Origin: Lingula anatina
Lineage: Eukaryota > Animalia > Brachiopoda
Assembly (NCBI GenBank): GCA_051362555.1
Contig: CM120648.1
Span: 11,032,587-11,096,586, forward strand
Reading direction: 5' to 3'
Length of the DNA: 64,000 nucleotides
Shown here piece after piece: positions 11,391 through 24,515 of the stretch; the first letter of the stretch is position 1, and every line of letters begins with the position of its first letter. Made by a program: the position numbers and the translations under genes. A model generated the notes under the pieces. The model was not told where the DNA came from. It searched no databases and saw nothing but the letters and a program-made list of their open reading frames with translations.

Positions 11391-14300
11391 AATGAGTGGG
11401 TGTTGTTTTCTTTCAAGCGTAATCTTTAATCGCCTGAAATAGTAATAATATTTTAAGTTACATATATATGAAGTCAAATACTTTCCGACCAAACGCCATA
11501 TACTGTAATTTCAAATAGCACAGCTAAAATATCTAAGGGTTTCGTCCCATATTTCCCAAAAAATGACATGCGAAAAAAATATTTTTCTGCTTTCCTTTTG
11601 GCTACATGCATATACCCCTTGTTTGATTCCGTCAATTCGTGTTTGAATATACATGCTATTGCGTACACATTCGACATTTGGTGGACACCTGAACAGGAGG
11701 GGCATTTAATGGGACATGTTCACTACCAGGAATGGGAAGAAAGTGCGATCTTAAAGCTTTTTTTGGTTAATCGAGGAATTAATATGGTTTATTCCTTGGT
11801 ATGTCTACTTAATTTGATTTACATAAGACGGTAGTAAAAGTTTCCTATATCCGTCTTAGGGAATGCACACTCGCTTGATATGTCACTGTACAGCCAAATA
11901 TCTGACTTGCGATGGATGCCAATCATCTCTACTGCTTAGAGTGACTGATATAAAACATGATGAATATCGTAAAAAAGCAAAAAAAAAAAAAAAAAAAAAA
12001 AAGAGTTAATGAACACAAGTTTGTTTTTCCACCATTATTAGCTTACACATGTACACTACATTTGCAAGATATGATTTCAGGGGTAACTACAGGCATCCTC
12101 ATGGCGCTCTCAGAATTCCCGTCTCTTGTTGCAGAAACATAATGGTCTGAGTGCGTGACAACCATGCATCTTTGGGTTCTCACACTAAGCTATAAAACCA
12201 ACCGGGATGTGAGCAGTGCTTGGTGCAGAGCATTACCAACCTCCTGTTTAAATTTAGTGACATTTAAGCTATCTCAACTTAAGGACATTTTCTGCCTCAA
12301 CATAATCCAATGAGGAACATCAGGTTTGAGGGGTGCTTGTGTAATGTTAGTAATTGACAGCTATGAGTATTGTTAAGTCATTAATTTATTTATACATTGC
12401 ATAGATATCTTCATCGGTATTTTGCTTTCAGGGCCGCATGTCACGTACGATATGGTGTATAAAATTAAAAAACAACAGCACGTAAAACGGTTTCATGAGG
12501 ATAGCAATTTAAGTGACATACCCCGAGCGTCAGGGCACTGTAAAGCTATACCTTGTCATGTGTTGGCTTAACAGTGCCCTTGAAGAATAGCACAAATGTT
12601 GAGTATCCGTCAATCAAAGGAACTGTTCTGCAGTGAATCTGCAGTTGAATGTCATTAGTCCAAAATGAAACGTAAAACATATTTAAGTTTGCTTTATTTA
12701 ATTTTATTTACTGTATTTAAGATGTTGATTAAAAAATAAATAACATATTTTAAAAAGAAAAAGACGTTCCATACGTTTTTGTATTTTATTACCTATCAAA
12801 AAAACACTTGCTCCTGAAGATATAAACACAATACACGTGCTTGCCGTGTGCCTAGTTTGAGACTACATTTTATGTCAATCTTTATGTTAATCATTACAGT
12901 ATATTGGTACTCAACTAAGTGGCCTTGCGCAGAATCTTCTATTAGGATAATGTGATTTGGAAGCAACTGGTCAACCTGACATAAACTGTATAATTTGTCA
13001 ATAGGAACAGAATTTTTGCATAATTCATGTCAAAATGAAAGCCGCATACACACAGAAGTACTTTTTTGATGGTTGTCCACTGAACCCATGTTGAGGCCCA
13101 CTGTACCCTAGACCGGTTATTGGCCATTCCTGAAACACACATCTACGCACTACATTGGGGGAAAAACGATGTACGTGTGGACAATGCATTGAATCTTGTA
13201 ATGAAAATGTTATGAATGGCCCAACAGAATAGATTCAGAAAGTATCAGGATGATGTTAATAATTTGAGAATTTTACTCAAACTCGTTCACAGCAAACGTT
13301 CGCATATCTGTCTTTGCACCATTAACGATATAATGTGAATTTTATACTAAGCAATAAATGATTCGAAATGATGATTCGAAAAAAAAAAATGAAAAAACTG
13401 CGTAAAAACTGAGAAAAAATTAAAAAATGAATTGAATGTGTGATTAAACAAGTCAAACCAGCATTGTTAAGTAAGCCACTGCAGATGGAGTCGACGGAAA
13501 TGTGCCTGGAGCCAGCAATACAACATAATAACCAAAAAATCACCCGCACTAAATAGCAAATGAAATGAAAATTCGAAATTAACATTGAATCCAACATAAA
13601 GAAAAATAAGATTGAATGAAACTTTTTTAGCTTGTCGACGTGTTCCCATTATATCGCTTCTGTTATGATTGCTGCGCCATGATGCGTCTGTGTGCTTTTA
13701 CATACCCCATACAATTGGTATATTGTACATAATTTTTTTCCGATTGACATCTTTTTAGGAAACATGAACATGTAATAACAGATTCCATATCTTATTCATT
13801 AATTCAAAAATTATAAAAAAAGCGAAAAAACGAAAGTTGAAGATGTCTCCAAAAATAGTGAACAGAGGTGCTTATAACCCACAAAGACATATATTTAATT
13901 TAAGACAGTGCAGTTGGCACGTGTGTTTTTTTTTTGTCCTATGCCCTCCATCTTATACACCTGTATATGTACTTTAACTGTTGTCTACTGCTTTACGATA
14001 CTATATGACTTACTAAATATTTAAAATGTGAATTATACATACAATACATATCAAACGCATGATAAAGGTGTGGATAACACAAGATAGTGAAAACACTTTT
14101 TTCCTCTGAGGCCAGTATATGGAATGATCACGTAATAAGTGGAAAAAAGTAAAAAATAAATTAAGTGATAGTAAGTACGATTAAAGCTATTTAGTAAAAT
14201 ATACGAGGATCTGACTCTTTTCTAAGCCGACCAAATTAAATCTTTTTATTTTAATTTTGAACTGAGGTTTTTGTTTATGACACATTTTACATGGCTTGGA

Positions 14301-16301
14301 AGCTTATCCCATAGTACAGTTCTGTAACATATAAAGGATGTCATTCCAAAGGGTTTGACAGTTGGTAACTGAAATGGCACAACACTGGACAATGTATTTA
14401 TGTTTTGTTAATTTCTCAATCCCTCAAATCAATCAAATATTTTCTGCCTCTTAGCAAAACTCTGGTGACAGGAGTAATTTTGTAGTGATATCACAACATG
14501 TTTCATAATGGTAAACATATGCTCTTCATTTAACTGATCGTATTAGTGAATTAATAAAATGGAGACAGTTTTGACTACACCCATCCATAATCTATAGCAA
14601 CAGGGAAATTAAAAAAAATATATTGATTTACCCTATGTTTGCGTCCTCCGGTTTTCTCCCGTCACAGCCAATGAACATAAAATAAGTGCAATGTTCTGCA
14701 ATATATGTATGGCCGTTGAAGTGGTATCGTCACATGAGAGTCATTACCATAATAAAGGCATCATAGGCGTATCAGGTGTCTGTATGTAATCGCGGTCTGA
14801 AGTCACTCGCATAAACATTAAACAACTCCTATGTCAGTGGTGTTAGATGTAGGTATTATTCATTGTTTTTAAATCTTTTTTTCCAAATTGACTTTCGCAA
14901 CACTATATGCACGTGTTAAAAGTAACATTGGCCTCAGTGAAATTGGAAGGTATGGAACCTTATTTGAAGAAAAAGTCTCTAAAAACAAAAATATTGGATT
15001 TGTTGTCGTTGTAGTTATTATTATTATTATTATTATTATTATCTTAATGTACGCGAAACTTTCTCCTATAATTATTAGTATAAACTCAACCGCAGTGTTT
15101 CCGCACACCCAATGCAATCTCGAGATGTGTATTTAAAATCTTAGACCTTAACACTGTGAGCAATGAAAATCATTTCATATAAATGCTCAAAAATGGAATC
15201 TTAGGTTTCACAACGATCTGTGACGTAATTATGTTCATTTGGATGTTGTCCTTATTTTTTTGGCATTAGAATGCGTGTGACTATTTTTGTCTGTTTCAAC
15301 ATATTTGGGGTTAATTTATTTGTACTTTTTTTTTCGATTAGGCACCTTTTAGGAATTTGACCATAAAGTCATCCGTATTTTTATTAAAACATTTAAAGAA
15401 TTTATTAGATGACACTCGTCAGTGTTAGAATTATTTTTTCAATCAATACCTGTCTCCAGGTTTAGAATACTAAGTAAAGGACGTTCGCAGGACCTAAAAT
15501 CCCAGGATATTACGCCCTAGGACATGCATTCCTAGGACAAAATGAAACCATTGTATGTTGGCTTACAACGGAAACTGTATATTTTCTTCCATTTTTCAAT
15601 AAATTTGTGTCTGGATAGTGGTCTTTTAAGATATTATATTAACATATAAGAACATTGTAACTTACAAATGCTACTAAATCATTGACAATCCTAAACCCTG
15701 CCTGAAACTATTTTATAAAATGTTTTTTCTATCGTAAAAGAGAAATCATTTTTATTAAAATGCTATTTTGGTGGATAATATGAAACGTAGAAACGTGATT
15801 GAACTAGGTCATGATGATGTATTTTAAACTTTTTGAGCATTAAGAAGTTTTAAGATTTAAAAATGTGGATGCAATTCGGGTTCAAACCCCGACATGTCCA
15901 TAGTGTCCGTTTGAAGAACACCACCTGGAATGCCGGAGGACGCGTAAACGTTTTGGTATTGCAGGTCCTCTGAAATGGCAAGGTTTTTTTTCTGTGAAAA
16001 TACAATACATAGAAATAAACCACATGAAAAGACAGACAAACGGAAATACACACTTACTTTGGACCAGGACAGAGTTCGGAGGACCAGCAGATTTCCTGAT
16101 GTAGTCAGTATTTCCAAAGTTTTCACCATGTTTTCTTTTTTAACAAAAAATCATGGAATGCTTGAAGCTGAGATACCTTTTCGAAAAAAATCTTTTGTTT
16201 TGGGGGTAAAACAAAAGACATATGTTGCACTCTGATTACATCCGTTTTATTATTTTAATTTATTGGGGACATCTTCACCTCGGAAGTATATAGTAACATG
16301 G

Positions 16302-17423
16302 TTATAAGATTTTACCGTATAAATCTACGCCCTTCAAATTGCTACCTTTCACCCAGGAGAAATGATTTGTAATCATTTCAATTTTGCTTAAAGTACCGTT
16401 ACTGTCGGTATCTATTTCAGAGAAAATATTCGAATTAAATGGAGCACGGAAAATCTTGAGAAAATGGGCATACTCTGTCTTGTTCAGAGAGTCATTTTCA
16501 TCTGCATCTACCACTCGAAAGAACGTAACAATCCACTTGAATTCAATAGCCCTGTGATCATTATCTTCCAATTTCTCTCTTGTGTCACTCTCGGTTGAGA
16601 TGAAGTCTTCTGCTGAAATGCTGTCTAAACTTTTGTCGTTCATTAAACCCTCCCACCACTTGACCCACACCTCCTGCAAGAACGCTTTGATTCTGTCCTC
16701 CTTCTCAGCTGACTTTGTTATTGCTCCTACTCTCGCTGCCGTCATATTTACGAATTCGTTTTCATCCATCTTGCCATCACCGTTTACGTCCATACGTTCA
16801 ATGTGTCCTCTCCATTTGTCTGCCCATATGTCACGTGGCCTATTGACATCACTAGAGACCTAAACGAGAAGAAAATAAATATAATATTTTTTTAATCAGG
16901 TAGCTGCTTATCATATGGTTGCAATTGGTTCACCCTATCAAATAACATATTTAACAAGACTATAAACATCAACCATCTTTTGCATTGCGTAAAGACTTAT
17001 TCCATTCTAATATATTATATTTTTATTATCGTTTGAAATAACTTTCACGACAGTTCACGTAACACAGATGTTAACATGTCTTATGACAGAAAAGGTTTGT
17101 CATAAATGCGACGCATTTTTTTACATGCCATAATGCGGGGCGGATCCAGGACCATTTGAAGGGGGGTCCAAAACACCTCGGATGCGAAGCCGACCATCGC
17201 CCCCTTGGCGTGGGTTCGGGGTCTGCTCATGGACCCCGAAAATGTTTTGGTGTTTTGGAGGGCAAACGGTGATTTTTGGCACGGTTTGGAACTATGATTC
17301 AGCTAGTCAAAATTAAATGTTACGCTGTATACCTTATTATCCCGTATAACAAGTGTGGAACCACTGTCACTCATTAGCATGGGACCAGGCAGCTAATGCG
17401 GTTGTCAATAGACTGAAGAACAT
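16302..17423 (-). CDS. EF-hand Ca2+-binding protein, copy 2 (signal-peptide exon frameshifted)
   Basis: Main exon 16859-16302 is intact (acceptor ctcgtttag; DVNGDGKMDENE, DADENDSLNKTE, DTDSNGTLSKIE). The first coding exon 17423-17333 is 91 nt and stops after 18 codons. The ATG at 17380 is in frame with the main exon. Confidence 0.8.
17136..17315 (+). mobile_element. Partial hAT-like MITE (GGGGCGGATCCAGGA family) in the EF-hand copy 2 intron
   Basis: Similar to 29779-29982. Confidence 0.65.
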
Positions 17424-18524
17424 TATTGCTGGTTCCAATCCTTTTGCGGTTATAATCTTGTCAGGTCTGAAAGAACACCGAAAGGTGAACCAAAGTCTCG
17501 CGTGGGACGGGTGGCAAATATAATTACCGCTCATGGTAATTGATGTAAAACTTGGTTGTATTCATACTTGTCAGACAGTGGGTAGAGGTAGATGTACAAA
17601 GCAAAAATTAGGAAAATTGTACATAATAGTCGGAAAAGTAAAATAACACCGAAGAAGAACATAAGACGCAGACCAGAAGATATGACAAACATATATGTCA
17701 TTTAACTTGACAATGAGGTTGGGATATTTAATGTATGCAAACTTTAGAGGTATTCCAGACATTCCTGTCACTCAGTTAAAAACATTTTGAATCACTTTGC
17801 AACCCACGATCAATTGAGTTTGAAGTATCAATGTGGTATTTGCGTTTTTTGTCGTTGGAAATAAATTGAAAAGTTTTTAGGGTAATAAGCAGATCAAAAT
17901 GAACACGCTTATTTAATTCATTATCTACCGCTTCTATATAAATCAACACGTGCTTCAGTAATAACGTCGCACACATATTCCGTATGGTGTGTTGAAAAAG
18001 AAAAAACTGAATTGATTGTTTGATTAGAAAAAGCCAAATCAGCATTGTTAAGTAAGCCACTGCAGATGAAGTGGAGGGAAATGTGCCAGTGAATAGCAAA
18101 TGAAATAAAAATTCGAAATTCACATTGTATCCAACACAAAGAATTATTGGATTGAATGAAACTTTTTTAGATTGTAAACGTGTACCCATCAAAGCGCTTC
18201 TGTTATGCACACATATTCCGTATAGTGTGTTGAAAAGAAAAAAACTTAATTGAATGTGTGATTAAAAAAGTCAAACCAGCATTGTTAAGTAAGCCAGGGA
18301 AATGTGCCTGGAGACATCAATGCAACATACACAACCAAAAAAATCACCCACACTAAATAGCAAATGAAATGAAAATTCGAAATTAACATTGAATCCAACC
18401 GAAGAAAAGTTGGATTGAATGAAACTTTTTTTAGCTTGTCAGCGTGTTCCCATCAATAGCTTCTGTTATGTTTGACGCGCCATGGTGTCTGTGTGCTTTT
18501 AACTACCCCATACCATTGACATAT

Positions 18525-18740
18525 TTATTACCTCCGCCAAGGATCAGGAACTGTTAGAAGTGGGCCAAGGAACAAATGATTAGTTTTTGGTGGTGATCCG
18601 GATCAATAATCAATCGATAATTAATAATCAAAAATCAAAAAACTAAATCATTATAGAATGAAAATTTAGGGGTAAAACGGCATTGGATGGAGACTTTGCT
18701 GCCTTGGCGGAGGTCTGCGCTCTCTGAGTGCTTTCTAGTT
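18525..18740 (+). mobile_element. Short non-autonomous Helentron/HINE-type element
   Basis: Subterminal inverted repeats acctccgccaagg / ccttggcggaggt, a 3' hairpin gcgctc-tct-gagtgc and a ctagtt end in a T-rich site. It is absent from the paralogous block at ~13720. Confidence 0.75.
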
Positions 18741-18957
18741 TGTATATCATTTTTTCTGATTGACATCTTTTTAGGGACCATGTAGTAAAGTGTCCATATC
18801 TTACTCAATTCTTCAAGAATTATGAAAACCGAGAAAACTGAAGTTAATTACATCTCCAAAGATAGTGAACAGAAGTGTTTTATAACCAACAAAGACATAT
18901 ATTTAATTTTACACAGTGCAGCTGGCCCGTGATGTAGTTTATTCCCATACCCTTCAT

Positions 18958-18959
<2 letters not shown>

Positions 18960-19017
<58 letters not shown>
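18960..19017. repeat. (TA)n microsatellite
   Basis: Direct run. Similar runs at 20090-20166, 36428-36496, 36635-36690, 40351-40422 and 51576-51628. Confidence 0.95.
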
Positions 19018-19018
<1 letters not shown>

Positions 19019-20085
19019 TTTCTCTGTTGTGCACTGCTTTCCGATAAGTTTATTTCTAAATAAATCATATCGGAAATATTTGAATTTATATAAATGTTTA
19101 AAATGTTATGTATACATACAAACAAATATAAAACAAAATAAAGATGTGGATAACAAAAGAAAATGAAAACAGTTATTTCCATTTAGGTTAGTATTTTGAA
19201 GATCACGTGACTAGCGGCAAAAAAAAAACCTAAGAGATTATAAATTAAAGCTATTTAGTGAAATATGAAATGATGTGACTCTTAATTTCTAAATCGACCA
19301 AATGATTTTTTTCTTATTACACATAGACTCGTCATTTCAATGATCGTCTTCGTACATGAATAAAACATACACAGTTTTGACTACACCTATCCATTATCTA
19401 TGGCAACAGGGAAATTAAAAAAAAATTGATTACCCTATGTTTGCGTCCTCCGATTTTCTCCCGACACAGCCAATGAATACAAGTGAAATGTTGTGCAATA
19501 TATGTATGGCAGTTGAAGTGGTATCGTCACATGAGGGTCATTACCATAATAAAGGCATCAGGTGTATCAGGTGTCTGTATGTAATCGCGGTCTGAAGTCA
19601 CTCGCATAAACATTAATCAACTCCTGTGTCAGTGGTATTAGATGTAGGCATTATTCATTGTTTTTTTTATCTTTTTTTCCAAATTGACTTTCGCAACACT
19701 ATATACATACAAGTGCTAAATGTAACATTGGTCTCTGTGAAATTGACAGGAAAGGAACGTTATTTGAACAAATAAATAACTCCAATGCAAAATTTTTAGG
19801 TATATTGGATTTTTCCTTTTGATATAGCAGGAACAAACAGTTTCCATGATTCTGGATTCTAATTAGAGTGGAAAATTAAAGATTTATAGAAATTAAACTG
19901 TTTCAGAAACAAGTGTATAAATGACTGTCCCTTTATAACACAATATTTTCTATTGTTCTATTATTTCTATTATTATTATTTTTATTAAAAATAAGCGCAA
20001 TCGTATCCTAAAAGAATTAATATAATATCAACATCAGCGGATATACAGGTATATATATGTTATATGATGTTTGCAAATATGTTTA

Positions 20086-20171
<86 letters not shown>

Positions 20172-20310
20172 GAGAATAAAGTTGATACATTATGGAAAAG
20201 TGCTCTACCCATGGTGACAGACCATGGGGAGCTAGTGTAGAAAGACATGGAACAAATCAGTCTTTTCTGTCCATTTAATTAAAATTTAAAAAGCCCTTTC
20301 TCTTAAAAAG

Positions 20311-20346
<36 letters not shown>

Positions 20347-20429
20347 GATTTTCGTTAAAAGAGAAAAACATTATGTTCTAGGACAGATTGAGAATCATAA
20401 GTGAGCTACTGAAAAAGTGCACTCAGTCT

Positions 20430-23400
20430 CTACCCTTCGCAGATGAAGTATCTGAGATTGCTGCAAGCCAGATCATTCCATGTTCCATCTGGAGAGAACT
20501 CCATACAGTTTTCAATATCTCCGCCATTTGGCTCAGGTAGCCTCCATGCTGAATAGTCCACCCGATCTCCATTCGCAGCGTTCCAACGCCAGTCGCCATT
20601 TTGGGCGATGTCGTCTGCTCCCAGCCAAAGTCTACAATGTGCGCATGCTAAAAAAAATTAGCCATTACCTTTTAGTAAATAATATATCTTGGTAAATGGC
20701 ATGGACCACTTATATGTATATTTTCTCACTTTAGATATACTCTGTACATAGCTTTAGCAATTACCCTTATATTATACCTTATATATTAAGCAAGTTTTAT
20801 TGAGAATATCCGTTGTTTGTCTCCTTTAAGCCGCTTAAGTTCATTGCAATTTAGCGAGAATCCCCTTGGAGATAGATGGATCCTCAGTTAGTATGATAGA
20901 GTCTGGGAATGGTCCCTTATTTTGCTCAAATCGCAGCCTAGAATATAATTGTAGATGCTTAAAATGAAAACGAAAGGAAAACTTAAATGGAATACGTAAT
21001 AATTATTTGAAATAAAAATTGTTTCTTGTCAACCATGTGAGTGCAAGAATGACCAATGATGGCCCAGATACAAATCGAGGTCAATGACATGACCTACCTC
21101 CCCCTGGAACTTGCTGCCAAAACGCGTACAAAATACTTAATTCTTTCCTAGTCTCCGCTGTTGCGAGGTGAGCCCCTCTGTCACGACAGTATGCAGTCGC
21201 TGCCCAGTACGAAAGGGCAATAGGAACGTAGATGTAGACAGAAGGAGCTAGAAAACAAGAAAAAATGGGTCAGTTTCAAGATCATTACCAATATACATAT
21301 TGGTACGCTTAAGCACAATAAAAGTCGGTGTTTGTGTCAATGAAAATCAAGGTCAGTATCAATATAGACCAGGGTCAGTCTCAGTTACACTGAAAACGAA
21401 CCTTGCAGAAGGTGTTCGAACAATCAGATGGTCAGTGGTCCTCTGTGAAAAAAAATCGTTAATACAATGTGCATATGAGCTGTTTATAGAACTGTGAAGT
21501 CAGAAATGGAACAGTGGTGACTTAATTCACGCCTCCATATTTACATGTGCATGTTACTTACAAGATTTAGAACAGGTGACTTGCTGCTCCGACATGTCCA
21601 GCTGAAAAAAATGAGCACGGAGAATTTAAAACTATATAAAAAAAAAAAAAAAAAAAAAAAAAATCATTACTGTTGTTTTGGTTATGTAACGAGTTGGTGA
21701 GACCATTCGCAAACTCTAGAATTTTATCGTACGTTTGCGTAATAAATGAAATTGACAGGTTGGGTAGTAACCGTTTTATGTCGTCTGTTAATGAATGCAA
21801 TATGGCAGCTGCGTTCCTTGTCACCCTTGCCGCCAAACGGCAACGCAGACTGTGACGTTTTCATCAGAGGTCGAATTAATTAAAATATATGAACAATGAT
21901 GAAATTTACGACATGTTCCGCCTGTCCACCGTGAGAAGAGCAGTGGCTGAAAGGGTATAGTGCAGAGCCTTTACGACGATCTCAAAGGAGTACTTTCCTG
22001 TTCGGTTCAGCAGCCAAACGAGAGAACTAGCGAAGGACTTTACGAGAGAACATAGCGATAGATGAACGATTGCTTCTCGAAACACCACTCGAAAATCGCT
22101 TAAATCTTCTCATTAGCGAGATAGTTCTCTCGTTAGTTTAACAGGTGACTGGTTTATTCTCTGAGGTCAATAACTGAGGTTGCCTTCGCAGTAACTTTCA
22201 GCTAAGCACAGCAAAAAATGATCCTGTTTTGTTTGTCCAATCAATAAAGGTAGAAGGTGAATTGATCTCATAAGTTTCTCTATTGAAAAGTGGCCTCCAA
22301 TTAGCAATGTTAAGGACATAGGCAAACAGTCCTTTCTCGCTCTTTCCAGATTTCTTCTTGTTAAAGACTTTTCGATGGCTGTACGGAGCGTTTTACCCAC
22401 TTTGAAAATAACTCAATCATCACTGGTTTTGTTTTTTGATATATCTCCTACGAGTATTACGTTGTAATAAATTATGATCTTCTTCTATATAGAGCAGTTT
22501 ATTGTTTTTGAGGACTTGAGTTTCCTTATCACTGAATAATAAATAACATGGAAAATACACCCTACCGACAGTAAGATAAGCATTTCAATTACCATATTTT
22601 CCACCTCGTGATCCAATTATTATATCAGAAATGTCAAACTATCATGGAATCATAATATATTTTCCGTCAGTAACAGAAAACGCTGTTTTCCACTGCACCA
22701 AGTACTTGAACAAAAAACTTTCTGACAATTTTCTGGGGAACATAAGGTACGTAGTATTAGCCATGACGCAAAGCCTCTTGAGTTACACTTTTTAAAGTGT
22801 TTAAAATATTTATAAAAAACCATCGTTACGTCATGTTTAATTTACCATGGCTGAATTACTACAAAATACATCGAAACGCGGTATAAAAATAAAATTAAAT
22901 GACCCGGAACTTTACTTTACCGGAACATACGTTATACCATTTAGGGCTCTTTGCGTAATGTCAAGACATGGTAAAATTAAATTAAAATTGAGACAATCGT
23001 GGATTTTTGTTCTTTCCACACATATATTTTAAAAAAATTGAATACAAATTTGAATTCATTCAATTTAATTTTGGGATACTCTTGGATTTAGGTCTTAAAC
23101 TACCTGGTTTGATTTTTCCGGTAAAGCTACGAGTGACCTGTGCGCCCTCTGAGCCACTCGTTTGCCTCCCCTATGCGTCCCCTGTGCAGAGTACGGCGTC
23201 CATTGCAATCTTTGAGCGATTATTGAGCATCCTCGTTCCATTCTACAATCTTTCTGCCTCCTGCAAGGCCGATGAGCGTTGCTTGGGCTTTCTTTAGCGA
23301 CTGTTCGGAGGCCTGGAGTGGTTGTTCATTTTCTGACTTTTTACATTTTTTTATCAGTTCTAACCCGGTCAGCCAATTAATAACATCTCCAGTAAAAAAT

Positions 23401-24515
23401 TATTAGTAAAAATTATTTTGTAAACTACAGTAATACAACGTCTGCACACACTGATAATAAGCCAGAGGTCTTTGTTTTCCTAATTATAAAATTGGACAGA
23501 CGCCGAATAAGCCATGAACCAGTTGGCCCGCCACTGACTGACACAATACAGGTTTCAGTCCGTTTACAACAGACGGACTCTGCAAAATTTAATGGTACAA
23601 CAGGAACTACGTCTTGAAAAGTGACACAAATTTTCTTTCTATTATTGTTTCCGACTAAGGGTCCATTCGAGAATTTAGGGAAATAAAATACTAATTGGGG
23701 TGGTAAGAGACCACTAGTATATGCAGCTGTTACTCTTACACGTCGCCGTTTGAGAGTTTTAAAGTGATCTTTACGTGCTGATCACTGGCCAATCCTTGGG
23801 CATTCATTCTGAACACCCAGTGGTGTTTGCGCCTTTTTTATACTGCCCTTGAATGACCTAACAGCGACCAATCTCCACTGCGTCGTTTGTGCGATGGTTT
23901 AGAATATGTTCAAAACTTTGCGGCGACCATGGCGTACACGGCGACGCGAGTACATGTATTTTAAATGCAATCTTAGTGATCACTGTGCCTCCTTTTTCTC
24001 GTCCATCGACACCTGTCCGAGGCGAAAGGGTTGCAAAAAGTACACCTTCCAATGTAAAAGGGTTTAAACGCTTAGGGGTTTTGATAATGCCATTCACGTT
24101 TGATGTATGCTTTCATGCGTGAACACGCGTTTAAATGCAAGTATTTTAAAGTTTGCTACGTACTGATTTAATTATAGATAAATAAAAACTGACACATTAC
24201 CTGTTCAAAGTACCGAGATCCATTGCTGTAAACCAAATGTTTGCTATTCTCATCGGATTTTGCGTCAACATATTCACATAAATCTTCCCCCGAATCGGCT
24301 TTAATGTAGTTGAACCCCACACAACGGGGTGCATTCGCCGTGCACTCGATGGCACACACGCTTTTTACGGACACAAATTGCTGTCCATATACGTTGATAT
24401 TTGCTACGTCTTTCCTGCAGCTTGGAGGGGTGACGTATCTGTACACATTTCTAGAACTTTTATCCCCAAATACAATCCAAACGGCCGCGAGCATGAGGTG
24501 TAAAACGCAAACCAT
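20430..24515 (-). CDS. Secreted PAN/Apple domain plus C-type lectin protein (EPN/WND), 4 exons, ~240 aa
   Basis: Exons 24515-24201, 21601-21562, 21247-21098 and 20647-20430, all GT-AG with matching phases (0,1,1) and 723 nt in total. Signal peptide, PAN motif CAIEC...CVGFNY...C, and a CTLD: YWAATAYCRDRGAHLA...LWLGADD...WRW...PEPNGGDIENC...WNDLAC...FICE. Confidence 0.9.

Larger units (their letters stand above)
13420..19770. repeat. Duplicated upstream and intronic blocks of the two EF-hand genes
   Basis: 13420-14240 matches 18000-19300, and 14570-14970 matches 19375-19770. The second unit has an extra internal duplication at ~17970-18470. Confidence 0.85.

Noticed and set aside
21900-23340. 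Possible coding remnants in the long lectin intron
   Set aside because: The frames are short and interrupted by stops, with no motif I can assign.
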